64,000 nucleotides of DNA from Myxococcota bacterium (GTDB lineage Bacteria; Myxococcota_A; Polyangia; Nannocystales; Nannocystaceae), in assembly GCA_039028615.1 (NCBI GenBank), contig JBCCHT010000001.1:694084-758083 (forward strand), written 5' to 3'. A model generated the notes under the pieces. It searched no databases. It saw only the letters and a program-made list of their open reading frames with translations, and was not told where the DNA came from. A program made the translations under genes and the position numbers. This document shows positions 21,242-32,078 of this stretch, piece after piece (the first letter of the stretch is position 1; each line of letters starts with the position of its first letter).

Positions 21242-22179
21242 CCACCCCCGCCGATGTCGCTCAGCGGCGGGTCTTCGATGCGCAGCAGCTCGAAGCCCGC
21301 CGCGTGGGGTCGAAACCAGAACCGGTGGTTGACCTCGTTGCCGCTGTCGGTCTTCACGTACAGGCCTTCGGGCGTGGGTCGCACGAACAAGATCCGCGCC
21401 CCGGGCCGCTCCGCCATGCACATGGGCTGCAAGATGGGGATCATCAGCTCGGTCAGCTGCTCTTCACGACGATGCCAGACCGGCTGCGGATGCGGCGGCG
21501 GATAGCCAGTGCCCGGCATGTCCAGGGCCGCCGCCAGGGCCTGCGCCTCGCTCGGTAGGCTCACCCCGGCTCCGACGGCACTGACCCAACGCAAGCACAG
21601 CTCGACGCACCGCAGGGCCGACTCCGGGTCGAGGGTGGCATTGGGATAGCGCAGCTCGACGGTCCCAAAGTCGTACCAGGCCGAGACGTTGATGCCCGAG
21701 CGTGCAGCTTCGGGGCGCCCGGCGTGACGCAACGCCGCCTCGCACGGGTCGGCGGCATGGGCATCACACTGGGCGGCCGTCACCGCGGGGCAATACAGCA
21801 TGCGGTGCTCTGCCGTCGCGAACAGCTCCCGCAAGGCCGACTGGGTCTGGAGCGCCGCCTCGAGCACAGCGGGGAGCACTGCGCTCCCCCAGCTGGCCAA
21901 GTCGACGTGCACGTGCAGGCCACAGCTCCAGTTGACCACGCCGCCCGCCTCCGCAATTGCTCGCAGGCCCGCCGCGATGCCCTCTCGCTGGGCCCATCGC
22001 AGCGGCGACGGCTTGATCTCCCCCCCGGAGAACTCGCCGGTCATCGCCAGCATGCGCTCCGAGGGGTCGAGGCTCCACCCCCGCGGCAACACGACGCGCG
22101 AGGCGTCGGTCTCGGCGAACTCGAGCTCGACGCCGAAACGCAGCTGGCGAAAATCGACCTCGCGCGGCCAGCCGCTCAT
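21211..22179 (-). CDS. Amidoligase family protein (COOH.NH2 ligase type 2-like)
   Basis: FGVELEF, GEIKPSPL, SCGLHVHV, GTVELR motifs. Confidence 0.75.
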   Translation of the reverse strand: MSGWPREVDFRQLRFGVELEFAETDASRVVLPRGWSLDPSERMLAMTGEFSGGEIKPSPLRWAQREGIAAGLRAIAEAGGVVNWSCGLHVHVDLASWGSAVLPAVLEAALQTQSALRELFATAEHRMLYCPAVTAAQCDAHAADPCEAALRHAGRPEAARSGINVSAWYDFGTVELRYPNATLDPESALRCVELCLRWVSAVGAGVSLPSEAQALAAALDMPGTGYPPPHPQPVWHRREEQLTELMIPILQPMCMAERPGARILFVRPTPEGLYVKTDSGNEVNHRFWFRPHAAGFELLRIEDPPLSDIGGGGQPGSQTPSQ

Positions 22180-22185
22180 CGTCGC

Positions 22186-22782
22186 TCACCTCGCGGGCGG
22201 CCAGAAGCACAGCCCGTTGCCGCACTGCATGCCGTCGGGGCAGGTCTGGCCCGCGCTGCAGTCGAGCCCGCACGCGTTGTCGCCCCCCTCGAGGATCGGC
22301 GCGCAGATGACCTCGGCCGTACCCGTGGTGGGCGGGTTGAAGCAGTCGCAGGTGTCCTCGCAGCCGGAGATGGTGCAGATGTTGCCGCCCTTGATGTCGG
22401 CCGAGCTCAGGCAGGTCAAAAAGCCCATGTTGTCGGGCGTGCCCATCCAGTTGCACATCGTGTTGTCGATGTTGCCCGCCTCGTTGATGCACGCGTTCCA
22501 CTCGCCGACGACGGGCGGGTCGCATAGCGGTCCCCCGCCGCTGCTGCTGCCGTCCGCACCGTCGCTCGAAGAGCCCTCGGCGGCGCCCGTGCTGGTCTCG
22601 CCCTCGCCCCCACCGCTGCTGCTGCCCGGGGTCGCTTCGCTGGTATTGCCGGTCGTCGTCGCGGGCGTGTCTACGCCGGTCGAGGCCGCGGCGGTGGTCT
22701 CTTCACCACCATCGTCTCCGGGACAGGCCCCGAGGGCGAACAACGCAAGGCTACCAACGATCAATCCAGGCACGAGTCGCAT
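22186..22782 (-). CDS. Cys-rich lipoprotein
   Basis: LGAC lipobox, Thr/Ser/Gly linker, C-terminal Cys-rich domain ending CPDGMQCGNGLCFW. Confidence 0.8.
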   Translation of the reverse strand: MRLVPGLIVGSLALFALGACPGDDGGEETTAAASTGVDTPATTTGNTSEATPGSSSGGGEGETSTGAAEGSSSDGADGSSSGGGPLCDPPVVGEWNACINEAGNIDNTMCNWMGTPDNMGFLTCLSSADIKGGNICTISGCEDTCDCFNPPTTGTAEVICAPILEGGDNACGLDCSAGQTCPDGMQCGNGLCFWPPAR

Positions 22783-22888
22783 GCCATCAGCTTGGCGTAG
22801 TTCGCGTCGGAAGTCACGAAACCGCCAGTGAGATGCATGGCCGCCGCGCCTCGAATCTTCGACACAATCCGAGACGGCCGTGGCCAAT

Positions 22889-22917
22889 CCCGTCTCGAGC
22901 CCCGCACTCGAGATGGG
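22889..22917. terminator. Stem-loop downstream of metF (possible terminator)
   Basis: cccgtctcgag-ccccgca-ctcgagatggg inverted repeat with one non-Watson-Crick pair; no clear U-tract. Confidence 0.35.
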
Positions 22918-22928
22918 GACCGAAGCGC

Positions 22929-23843
22929 TCAGTCGAGCCCGGTATGCGTCAGCCGTAGAATCTCGAAGATGGCGCGCGAGGCCGGAGACTTGTTGAGCGT
23001 ATAGAAGTGAATCCCCGCGACCGACGGCCGGCCCTTGGTGAACAAGTCGGGGCTGGGTGGGCGCAGAAGCTCGCCGCATTGCCGCGCCGCATAGGACACG
23101 CCCGTCCAGAACACCTCCTGGGGGTCGCTCTCGGCCTCGCGCAGCCGCTCGTGCAGGGGCTCGGGAATCGACGCGCCGCACATCTGGGTGAAGCGCTGGA
23201 TCTGCGACACGTTGGTCACGGGCATGATGCCGGCCAAGATCGGGACGTTGATCCCCGCGCCGCGGGCCCGCTGCTCGAACGAGAAGAAGCGCTCGTTGTC
23301 GAAGAAGAGCTGGCTGACCAGGAAGTCGGCTCCCGCGTCGACCTTGCCCCGCAGGTGCGAAAGATCCGACGCGGCATGCGTGGCCTCGGGGTGGACCTCG
23401 GGATAGCAGGCCGCCCCCACGCAGAAGTCACCGCGCTCGCGGATGAAGGGGATGAGCTCGCTGGCGTAGGCGAAGCCACCGGGCGTGGCCTCGAAGTTCT
23501 CCTGCCCCTTGGGCGGGTCGCCGCGCAGCGCCAGGATGTTGCGCACCCCGGCCTCGCCGAGCCGGTCGATGACCTCGGCCAGCTCCTCGCGGGTGGACCC
23601 CACGCAGGTCAGGTGGGCCATGGCCTCGATCCCGAACTCCTTTTTGATGCGCGCCACGATCTCGCGCGTGCGAGCGCGGGTGGTGCCGCCCGCCCCGTAG
23701 GTGACGGAGACGAAGTCGGGCTCGAGTGGGGCCAGCCGCTCCAGCGCACGCAGGAGGTTGGCCTCCCCCTTGGGGGTCTTGGGGGGAAAGAACTCGAAGC
23801 TGAACACCGGTCGTTTGTGCTCGAGCCGCTCGCGAATCAGCAT
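22929..23843 (-). CDS. metF: Methylenetetrahydrofolate reductase
   Basis: SFEFFPPK, FVSVTYGAGG, AHLTC, LALRGDPP, YPEVH, SQLFFDN, HFYTLN. Confidence 0.95.
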   Translation of the reverse strand: MLIRERLEHKRPVFSFEFFPPKTPKGEANLLRALERLAPLEPDFVSVTYGAGGTTRARTREIVARIKKEFGIEAMAHLTCVGSTREELAEVIDRLGEAGVRNILALRGDPPKGQENFEATPGGFAYASELIPFIRERGDFCVGAACYPEVHPEATHAASDLSHLRGKVDAGADFLVSQLFFDNERFFSFEQRARGAGINVPILAGIMPVTNVSQIQRFTQMCGASIPEPLHERLREAESDPQEVFWTGVSYAARQCGELLRPPSPDLFTKGRPSVAGIHFYTLNKSPASRAIFEILRLTHTGLD

Positions 23844-23870
23844 GGTCCGCGAGCATAGCCCGGGCCCGGC

Positions 23871-23920
23871 AAAGACAAAACGCCCGCGGAACGAGGCGGA
23901 TCGACCTCTTCCCGCGGGCG
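23871..23920 (-). terminator. Intrinsic terminator after the cyclophilin gene
   Basis: Minus strand reads cgcccgcggg aagagg..cctcg ttccgcgggcg followed by ttttgtcttt. Confidence 0.7.
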
Positions 23921-23959
23921 CAGTCGCTCCCGTGCGGACTCGCCCGCCGGGGCCTTTCG

Positions 23960-24478
23960 CTAGCCCTTGTTGATCGTGACCTTGACCATCTTCACCGGGG
24001 TGCGGGGGCGATCGCCCGGGCCGGTCTGCGTGGTGCCGATCTTGTTGACCACGTCCATGCCGTCGATGACCCGACCGAACACGGGGTGCTTGGAGGGGCC
24101 GGGCGAGAACCAGTCGAGGTAGTCGTTGTGGACCGTGTTGATGAAGAACTGGCAGCTGCCGCTGCGGGGACGGCCGGTGTTGGCCATGGACAGGGTCCCC
24201 GGCTCGTTGGAGAGCTTGGCGTTTTCGGGGTGCTCATCGTCGATGGGGCCGTGGGGGCTGTCGCCCGTGCCCGCGCGCTGGCTGTTGGGGTCGCGGCTAT
24301 GCGGGCACCCGAACTGAATCATGAAATTCGCGATCACGCGGTGGAAGTGGAGCCCGTCGTAGAAGCCTTCGCTGGCCAACTTGACGAAGTTCCCGGCCGT
24401 GATCGGCATCTTGTCCGCGTACAGCTCGACAGTGAACGTGCCGAGCGAGGTCTCCATGGTCGCCGTAGGGTTGGCCAT
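23960..24478 (-). CDS. Cyclophilin-type peptidyl-prolyl cis-trans isomerase
   Basis: [36 protein letters not shown]. Confidence 0.93.
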   Translation of the reverse strand: MANPTATMETSLGTFTVELYADKMPITAGNFVKLASEGFYDGLHFHRVIANFMIQFGCPHSRDPNSQRAGTGDSPHGPIDDEHPENAKLSNEPGTLSMANTGRPRSGSCQFFINTVHNDYLDWFSPGPSKHPVFGRVIDGMDVVNKIGTTQTGPGDRPRTPVKMVKVTINKG

Positions 24479-24511
24479 GGGCGAACGAGTACCAAACTCC
24501 CGGGGGCAGCG

Positions 24512-25309
24512 TCACCCCGGCGCGAGCCAGACGTCCGCCGACTCCACCCGAAAGGGCGGTGCCCCCGGCTGCGGACGCACCCACAGCGCACCGTCCTCGT
24601 CGATGCGCTCGGCGACACCGCGGCGGGCCCCGGCGGGCGCGGTCATGTCGCCCACCTCGATGGTGCGGCCCAAGACCTCGCAATACGGCAGATAACGGTC
24701 GCGAATGGCCGAAAAACCGCCCATGAAGAACGGCTCGATGGCGGACTGCAGCGATTGCAGCAACGCCGCGAGCAGCTGCCCGCGACCGAGCACCGGGTCG
24801 CTCGCTTCCATCGCCAGGCTCGTGGCTCGCGTGCGCAGGTCGTCGGGAAACTCGCGGCCGTAGACGTTGATGCCGAAGCCGACCACGACCTCGGGACTGT
24901 CACCAACCCAACGGGCCTCACACAAGATGCCGCCGAGCTTGCGGCCGCCCACCAGCAGGTCGTTGGGCCACTTGAGCGCGACCGGCTCGCGGGTGGCCGG
25001 CAATCCTTCGCGCAAGCCCACGCCGACGGCGAGCCCGAGCGCCCCGAAGCGCTCCGGGGCCGGGAGCGTCCCGGGGCGCAGCAGCAGCGAGACGTAGAGG
25101 TTGTCGCCCGGGGGCGAAAACCACTGCCGACCCCGTCGACCGCGACCGGCCGTCTGCGCGTCGGCGGTGACCACCGCCCCGTGCGGCGCCCCTTCACGCA
25201 GCCACTCGAGCCCCCGATCGTTGGTCGACCCCAACGACGCGTGGTGCTCGTGCTCGGCTCCGTAGTCTCCGCGCCGCAGCTGCGGCAAGCTCGGCAGGTC
25301 GTCGCTCAC
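24512..25309 (-). CDS. birA: Biotin-[acetyl-CoA carboxylase] ligase without N-terminal HTH
   Basis: STND, QTAGRGRRGRQW, LKWPNDL, KLGGIL, GFGIN; GTG start overlaps the nadC stop (GTGA). Confidence 0.9.
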   Translation of the reverse strand: MSDDLPSLPQLRRGDYGAEHEHHASLGSTNDRGLEWLREGAPHGAVVTADAQTAGRGRRGRQWFSPPGDNLYVSLLLRPGTLPAPERFGALGLAVGVGLREGLPATREPVALKWPNDLLVGGRKLGGILCEARWVGDSPEVVVGFGINVYGREFPDDLRTRATSLAMEASDPVLGRGQLLAALLQSLQSAIEPFFMGGFSAIRDRYLPYCEVLGRTIEVGDMTAPAGARRGVAERIDEDGALWVRPQPGAPPFRVESADVWLAPG

Positions 25310-26154
25310 TTCGGCTTCTCGCCGAAGAGCATGGAGATGTCGGCCGCTTTCGCGCTGTGGGTCAGGGCCCCGACGCTGATCACGTCGACCCCCATGCCCG
25401 CGAGCTTCTTGACCCGATCGAGCGTGATCCCGCCGCTGACCTCCACGATCGCCCGACGGCCGACCCGGGACACCGCGGCCATGACCCGCTCGTCGTCCAT
25501 GTTGTCGAGCAGGACCGCGTCGGCCCCCGCGTCGAGGGCCGCATCGAGCTCGGCGAAATCGGTCACCTCGCACTCGACCCGCAGCGGGTGCGGAGCTCGC
25601 TTGCGTGCGGCTCGGACCGCCGCCTCCACCCCGCCCGCGCAGCGGATGTGGTTTTCCTTGATCAGCACGCCGCCGCCGAGGTCGTTGCGGTGGTTGTAGC
25701 CGCCGCCGCAGCGCACGGCATACCGCTGGAGTCGCCGCAGGCCGGGCGTGGTCTTGCGGGTGTCGCAGATCCGAGCCTTGCCGGCCGCCGCATCCGCGAA
25801 GATGCGGGTCATCGTGGCCACGCCGGACATGCGCTGGATCAGGTTGAGCGCCGTGCGCTCGCCCGCGAGCAGAGCCCGGGCGTTGCCCTCGACGCGCGCG
25901 AGCTCGGCCCCCGGCCCCACCCGGTTGCCCTCGGCCGCGATCGCGGAAAACCGCACGCTGCCGTCGAGGCGCGAGAACACGCGGCCGGCCACGAACAAGC
26001 CGCACACGACCAGGGGCGCCTTGGCCACCAGGCGAGCCTCGGCCTTCAGCCCGGGCGGCACGGTGGCGGCACTGGTGACGTCACCTCCGCCCAGGTCCTC
26101 GGCCAGCGCCCGCTCGATGACGGCATCAACATCTCCAAGATCGACATTCCACAT
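25306..26154 (-). CDS. nadC: Nicotinate-nucleotide diphosphorylase (quinolinate phosphoribosyltransferase)
   Basis: ERTALN, DTRKTTPGLR, NHR, IKENH, LLDNM, EVSGGI, ISVGALTHS. Confidence 0.95.
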   Translation of the reverse strand: MWNVDLGDVDAVIERALAEDLGGGDVTSAATVPPGLKAEARLVAKAPLVVCGLFVAGRVFSRLDGSVRFSAIAAEGNRVGPGAELARVEGNARALLAGERTALNLIQRMSGVATMTRIFADAAAGKARICDTRKTTPGLRRLQRYAVRCGGGYNHRNDLGGGVLIKENHIRCAGGVEAAVRAARKRAPHPLRVECEVTDFAELDAALDAGADAVLLDNMDDERVMAAVSRVGRRAIVEVSGGITLDRVKKLAGMGVDVISVGALTHSAKAADISMLFGEKPK

Positions 26155-26210
26155 GGGCTCGTCTCGTCCTTCGCTCGTTCACTCTTCGTTGGGGCCACCG
26201 TCGCCGCGGC

Positions 26211-26888
26211 TCAGGCCGGGCGCGGGGCTCTCCAGATCTGAGGCGCCCAGCCCCGCCGCGACGCGACGCGGCGCAGGCGGGGGTCGGGGTTGATCACGCG
26301 AGGCTCCCCCACCCGCTCGAGCATCGGCAGGTCGGAGTAGCTGTCGCTGTAAAAGAAGCTCTCCTCGAGGGAGATGCCGTGCTCGGTGGCGAAGTGCTCG
26401 GCCCGCACGACCTTGCCCTGCCCGTAGCAGGACGGCCGCTCGTGGGTCCCGGTGAAGCGCCCCTGCACCTCGCCGACCTCGGTGCACAAGATGTGCTCCA
26501 CGCCCAGCGCCCGACCGACCGGCGCGGACAGGAAACGGGTCGCCGAGGTCAGCAGCACCAGCACGTGCCCCTGCGCCCGATGGTGCTCCACGTGCTGGCG
26601 CGCCTCGGTGCAGATCGTCGCTTCGATCTCGCTGCCGAACCAGTGGGCCACCTCGCGCTCGACCGGCGCGACCTCTTGCCCCTCGTACTGCGCGATCACG
26701 CGCCCGGCCACCGAGTCGAAATCGAGGATGCCGAACTTGTACTGGACCGACCACCACAGCGCACGGATGAGCTCGAGCACCCCCATGCGCTTGTTCCTCC
26801 ACTGATGCCCGATCCACTTCGTCCCCGAGTTCACTTCGAGCACGGTGTGGTCGATATCGAAGAAGGCGGCGATGCGGCCTTCGGTCAT
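26211..26888 (-). CDS. HAD-IB family hydrolase
   Basis: AAFFDIDHT, LTSA, GKV, YSDSYSDLPML, INPD. Confidence 0.88.
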   Translation of the reverse strand: MTEGRIAAFFDIDHTVLEVNSGTKWIGHQWRNKRMGVLELIRALWWSVQYKFGILDFDSVAGRVIAQYEGQEVAPVEREVAHWFGSEIEATICTEARQHVEHHRAQGHVLVLLTSATRFLSAPVGRALGVEHILCTEVGEVQGRFTGTHERPSCYGQGKVVRAEHFATEHGISLEESFFYSDSYSDLPMLERVGEPRVINPDPRLRRVASRRGWAPQIWRAPRPA

Positions 26889-27739
26889 GACGGGAACGTA
26901 CTGGCGATGAGCACGGCCATCAACAGGTTGGACGCGGCGTGAAACAGCGCTGGAGCCCACAGGCTCCCCGATCGGCGCCAGAGCCACGAAAACACCAGCG
27001 CGGGGAAGAACGTGGCCAGCCGAGCCGCCTCCGCCATGCCCACCAAGTGCCCCACCGCGAACAGGAAGCTCGCGAGCACCGCGGCGAAGCCGATGCGGGC
27101 CCCCAAGATCCGCCGCTGCGGCGGCCAACGCTCCTCGAGCGCGCTCATGAGGTAGCCGCGGTGGAAGACCTCCTCCGGCAGCGCGACCGCGAAGATCTCG
27201 ACCGCGACCGCGAGCACCCCACCCAAGCCTCCGTAGGCGAGCCACGCCGCGGGCAAGCGCAGCTGCTCCGGCCACAGTCCACCCTGGTGGGGCCGACACA
27301 GCCGCGACAGGTAATCGCTCAGGCCCCCCGCCCACGGGGTGAGTTCCTCGATCCACAGCACGGGGCCGAGCAGCCCCAGGTCGCCCCGGCAGACCCGCTC
27401 GTAGAACAAGAAGAACCCGACCACGAAGATCGGAAACACCACCGCGCAGGCGAGCGCGGCCACCCGAGCCCCGCGCCAGCTCCACTCGGGCACGACCCGT
27501 CCCGGGCCGACCTGATATCGAGCCTGGCGCTGCGGGTCGTCACGCAGCAACCAGCCGGGCAGAAAATAGAACGCGGCGACGAGCGCCAAGTAGCGCACGT
27601 CGCTGGGCAGCGGCAGCTGACTGAGCACCAGGTAGCCGAGGTAGACCCCCAGCGTCACCAGGATTGCCTGCCGAGCGAGGGCCGGCTTCGGCTCGTCCGT
27701 CGAGGGGCTCGACGATCCGGTGGGCTCCGCGTCGGTCAC
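26885..27739 (-). CDS. CPBP (Abi/CAAX) intramembrane glutamic protease, myxosortase-like
   Basis: PEEVFHRGYL, FAVGH, RLATFFPAL, FHAASN; multi-TM. Confidence 0.8.
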   Translation of the reverse strand: MTDAEPTGSSSPSTDEPKPALARQAILVTLGVYLGYLVLSQLPLPSDVRYLALVAAFYFLPGWLLRDDPQRQARYQVGPGRVVPEWSWRGARVAALACAVVFPIFVVGFFLFYERVCRGDLGLLGPVLWIEELTPWAGGLSDYLSRLCRPHQGGLWPEQLRLPAAWLAYGGLGGVLAVAVEIFAVALPEEVFHRGYLMSALEERWPPQRRILGARIGFAAVLASFLFAVGHLVGMAEAARLATFFPALVFSWLWRRSGSLWAPALFHAASNLLMAVLIASTFPS

Positions 27740-27797
27740 GTGGCGGGCATGATACGGCCAGCGCTCGCACGCGCGAGCCGGGGCGGCCGGGGCCCGC

Positions 27798-28244
27798 TCA
27801 CTTCATGCGAGCGGCTAGCCGCGCCAGCCGACGCCGCAGGCTCTCGAGCGTCTCGTTGAGCATGTCGACGTGATCGAGCACCGTGGTGTCGCCCGCGACC
27901 TCGATGACCTCCTTGCGACCGAGGGTCTCGGTCTCCAGCAGGCCCATCGTGCGGATCAAGAACGCCTCGATGTGGTGGATCGCCAGCGCGGTCTCCCGCA
28001 GGTCGTCGTCGACGAAGAGCAGGAGATTTTCGATGTTCTCCACGCCCAGCAGCGCCGCGTTGCGCGGATGGGGCTTGGTCGCGCGATCCATCAGCCGATC
28101 ACGGGCACGTGCGCGACGACCGCTGCGACGGCGCTCGCGGCCATGGTCCGGCACCGCGCTCAGATGGGCCCCTCCCTCGTCCTTGGGGGGAGTCGACACC
28201 TCGGGTGCACGAAAGGCGGTGGGATTGGTCGCGGGCACGCTCAT
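27798..28244 (-). CDS. Hypothetical protein
   Basis: ATG 28244 preceded by GAAGG; helical C-terminal half; first gene of the minus-strand run ending in nadC-birA. Confidence 0.6.
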   Translation of the reverse strand: MSVPATNPTAFRAPEVSTPPKDEGGAHLSAVPDHGRERRRSGRRARARDRLMDRATKPHPRNAALLGVENIENLLLFVDDDLRETALAIHHIEAFLIRTMGLLETETLGRKEVIEVAGDTTVLDHVDMLNETLESLRRRLARLAARMK

Positions 28245-28383
28245 GTCGCCTTCCGCGATGGCACGCGGGCTGGGCCCCGAGCAAGTTTTCCACCAACTTG
28301 CCTTGCGGCGACGCGGATTGTAGGGATCCTTACATCGAGGCCAGGCACCGTTGCTGGGGTGCGTACCATGGCCTTGGCGGGAT

Positions 28384-30237
28384 ATGGCCGCGATCCCAGA
28401 CGACAAGGTCCAAGAAGTACGGGACCGGGTCGACATCGTCGACCTCATCGGGCGCTACGTCGAGCTCCGACGCTCGGGGCGCAACTACGTCGGACTGTGC
28501 CCCTTCCACCAGGAGCGCACGCCGAGCTTCAACGTCAACCCCGCGCTGCGCGGCTACAAGTGCTTCGGCTGCGGCGCGGGCGGGGACGCCATCCGCTTCG
28601 TGATGGAGATCGAGGGCAAGGGCTTCGTCGAGACCATCGTCAAGCTCGCCGAGATGTTCGGCGTCACCCTGCCGGCCAACGTCGCCCGCGGCAGCGGTCC
28701 CGATCGCAGCGAGCGGGACGACGCCTATGCGCTCATGCGCATGACCACCGATCTGTATCGCGAGATCCTGCTGCACCATCCCGACGGCGCGGCGGGCCGT
28801 GCCTACCTCGAAGCGCGGGGCATCAACGAGGCCGCGGCCGAGGCCTTCCGCCTGGGCTACGCCCCCTCGCCCGACGAGGCGAGCTGGGATCGACTCGTCC
28901 GCGCCATTCGTGACGCGAAGCTGTCGGTCGAACTCGCGCAAAAACTCGGTTTGATCCGGGCGAACGAGCGCCGCGGCTCGCTCTACGATGCCTTCCGCGG
29001 CCGCCTGATGTTCCCCGTGATCCAGCCCGGCGGCGAAGTGATCGCGTTCTCGGGACGCATCGTGCCTCCGCACGACGAAGCCAAAGACGGATCTCCTCCG
29101 CCGAAGTACGTCAACTCGAGCGAGTCCTTCCTCTTCCACAAGAGCAACACCCTGTTCGGGCTCGCCGTCGCGCGACCGGCCATTCGTGGCAAGGGACGCG
29201 CGGTTCTCGTGGAGGGCAACGTCGACGTGGTGACCCTGCACCAGCGCGGCCACGAAGAGACGGTGGCCCCGCTCGGCACCGCACTCACCGAGACCCAGGC
29301 CCGACTCATGGCCCGGTTCACCTCGCAGGTCGTGATGTGCTTCGACGGCGACGCGGCCGGTCGCAAAGCCGCGGGTGCGGCCCTGCCCCTGCTGCTCGAG
29401 CAAGATCTCGACGTTCGCTTGGTGCTGCTGCCCGACGGCGAAGACCCGGACAGCCTGGGCCCCGAGCGCTTCGCAAACCTGCTCGCAGAGGCCCGTTCCG
29501 CCCTTCAGGTGGCCATGACCCGCCTCGCGGCCCGGGCCGGAGAGTCGCCCGACGCCCGGGCGCGCGCGCTCGATCGCACCGTGGGGCTCATCCGCCGGGT
29601 CCGTCGCCCGTCCGCCCGATCGTTCTACGCAGAGAGCGCAGCGGCCCTCTTCGGAGTTCCGCTCGATCGCCTTCAGCGGGCTCTTCACGAAAACTCCCGC
29701 CAATCCGCTGGGCTATCGGGGCCGCCTATGCAACCATCCGCGGCCGTGCGCTCGTTTGCTCCGTTGCCCGAGGCCCAGGCCGAGCTCACGATGTTGTTGG
29801 TCGACGTTCCCCACCTCGCGACGCTGGCCGAGCGTAGCGGGGCGCGCGAGCACGTCGACGACCAGCGACTGCGCCCCATCCTGCAGGCGGTGCTCGACGG
29901 AGCCCACGAAGGCCGCTCGGTCACCATGCCCGAGCTGCTCGCCAAGATCGAACCCGAGTCGCAGCCCCTCATGCTCGAGCGCGTGCTCAGTGGCAAGTAC
30001 CGGGGTGGCGACGACGGGGGTCTCGAGGTCGACCCCAAGGTCGAGCTGCAGACCCTCCTCCACCGCTGCCGCGAAGAGGCCCTCGGGGCCCGCGTCCGGC
30101 AGCTCGACCACGAATACCGTGCCGCCCAGACCAGCGGCGACGTCGAACGCCAGCGCGAGCTCCAACGCCAGCGCTTCGCGCTTCGTCGTCAACAAGCCGA
30201 GCTCCGCGAGGGCGACCTGCCCCTCCCCAACGCCTAA
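28384..30237 (+). CDS. dnaG: DNA primase
   Basis: CPFHQERTPSF...CFGC zinc finger, RLMFP, KYVNS, VEGNVD, FDGDAAG (TOPRIM). Confidence 0.95.
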   Translation: MAAIPDDKVQEVRDRVDIVDLIGRYVELRRSGRNYVGLCPFHQERTPSFNVNPALRGYKCFGCGAGGDAIRFVMEIEGKGFVETIVKLAEMFGVTLPANVARGSGPDRSERDDAYALMRMTTDLYREILLHHPDGAAGRAYLEARGINEAAAEAFRLGYAPSPDEASWDRLVRAIRDAKLSVELAQKLGLIRANERRGSLYDAFRGRLMFPVIQPGGEVIAFSGRIVPPHDEAKDGSPPPKYVNSSESFLFHKSNTLFGLAVARPAIRGKGRAVLVEGNVDVVTLHQRGHEETVAPLGTALTETQARLMARFTSQVVMCFDGDAAGRKAAGAALPLLLEQDLDVRLVLLPDGEDPDSLGPERFANLLAEARSALQVAMTRLAARAGESPDARARALDRTVGLIRRVRRPSARSFYAESAAALFGVPLDRLQRALHENSRQSAGLSGPPMQPSAAVRSFAPLPEAQAELTMLLVDVPHLATLAERSGAREHVDDQRLRPILQAVLDGAHEGRSVTMPELLAKIEPESQPLMLERVLSGKYRGGDDGGLEVDPKVELQTLLHRCREEALGARVRQLDHEYRAAQTSGDVERQRELQRQRFALRRQQAELREGDLPLPNA

Positions 30238-30276
30238 GCCCTTACCCTTTCATCCGTCCCTCGGATCGAGGCCGAC

Positions 30277-32067
<1,791 letters not shown>

Positions 32068-32078
32068 GATCGGCGGCG

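Noticed and set aside
23844..23959. SAM riboswitch upstream of metF
   Set aside because: The spacer is short, I recognise no SAM aptamer core, and the hairpin plus U-tract is explained as the cyclophilin gene terminator.
15810..26154. kynU and nadC as a single kynurenine-to-NAD operon
   Set aside because: They are about 8 kb apart on opposite strands with unrelated genes between, and no other kynurenine pathway gene was recognised.
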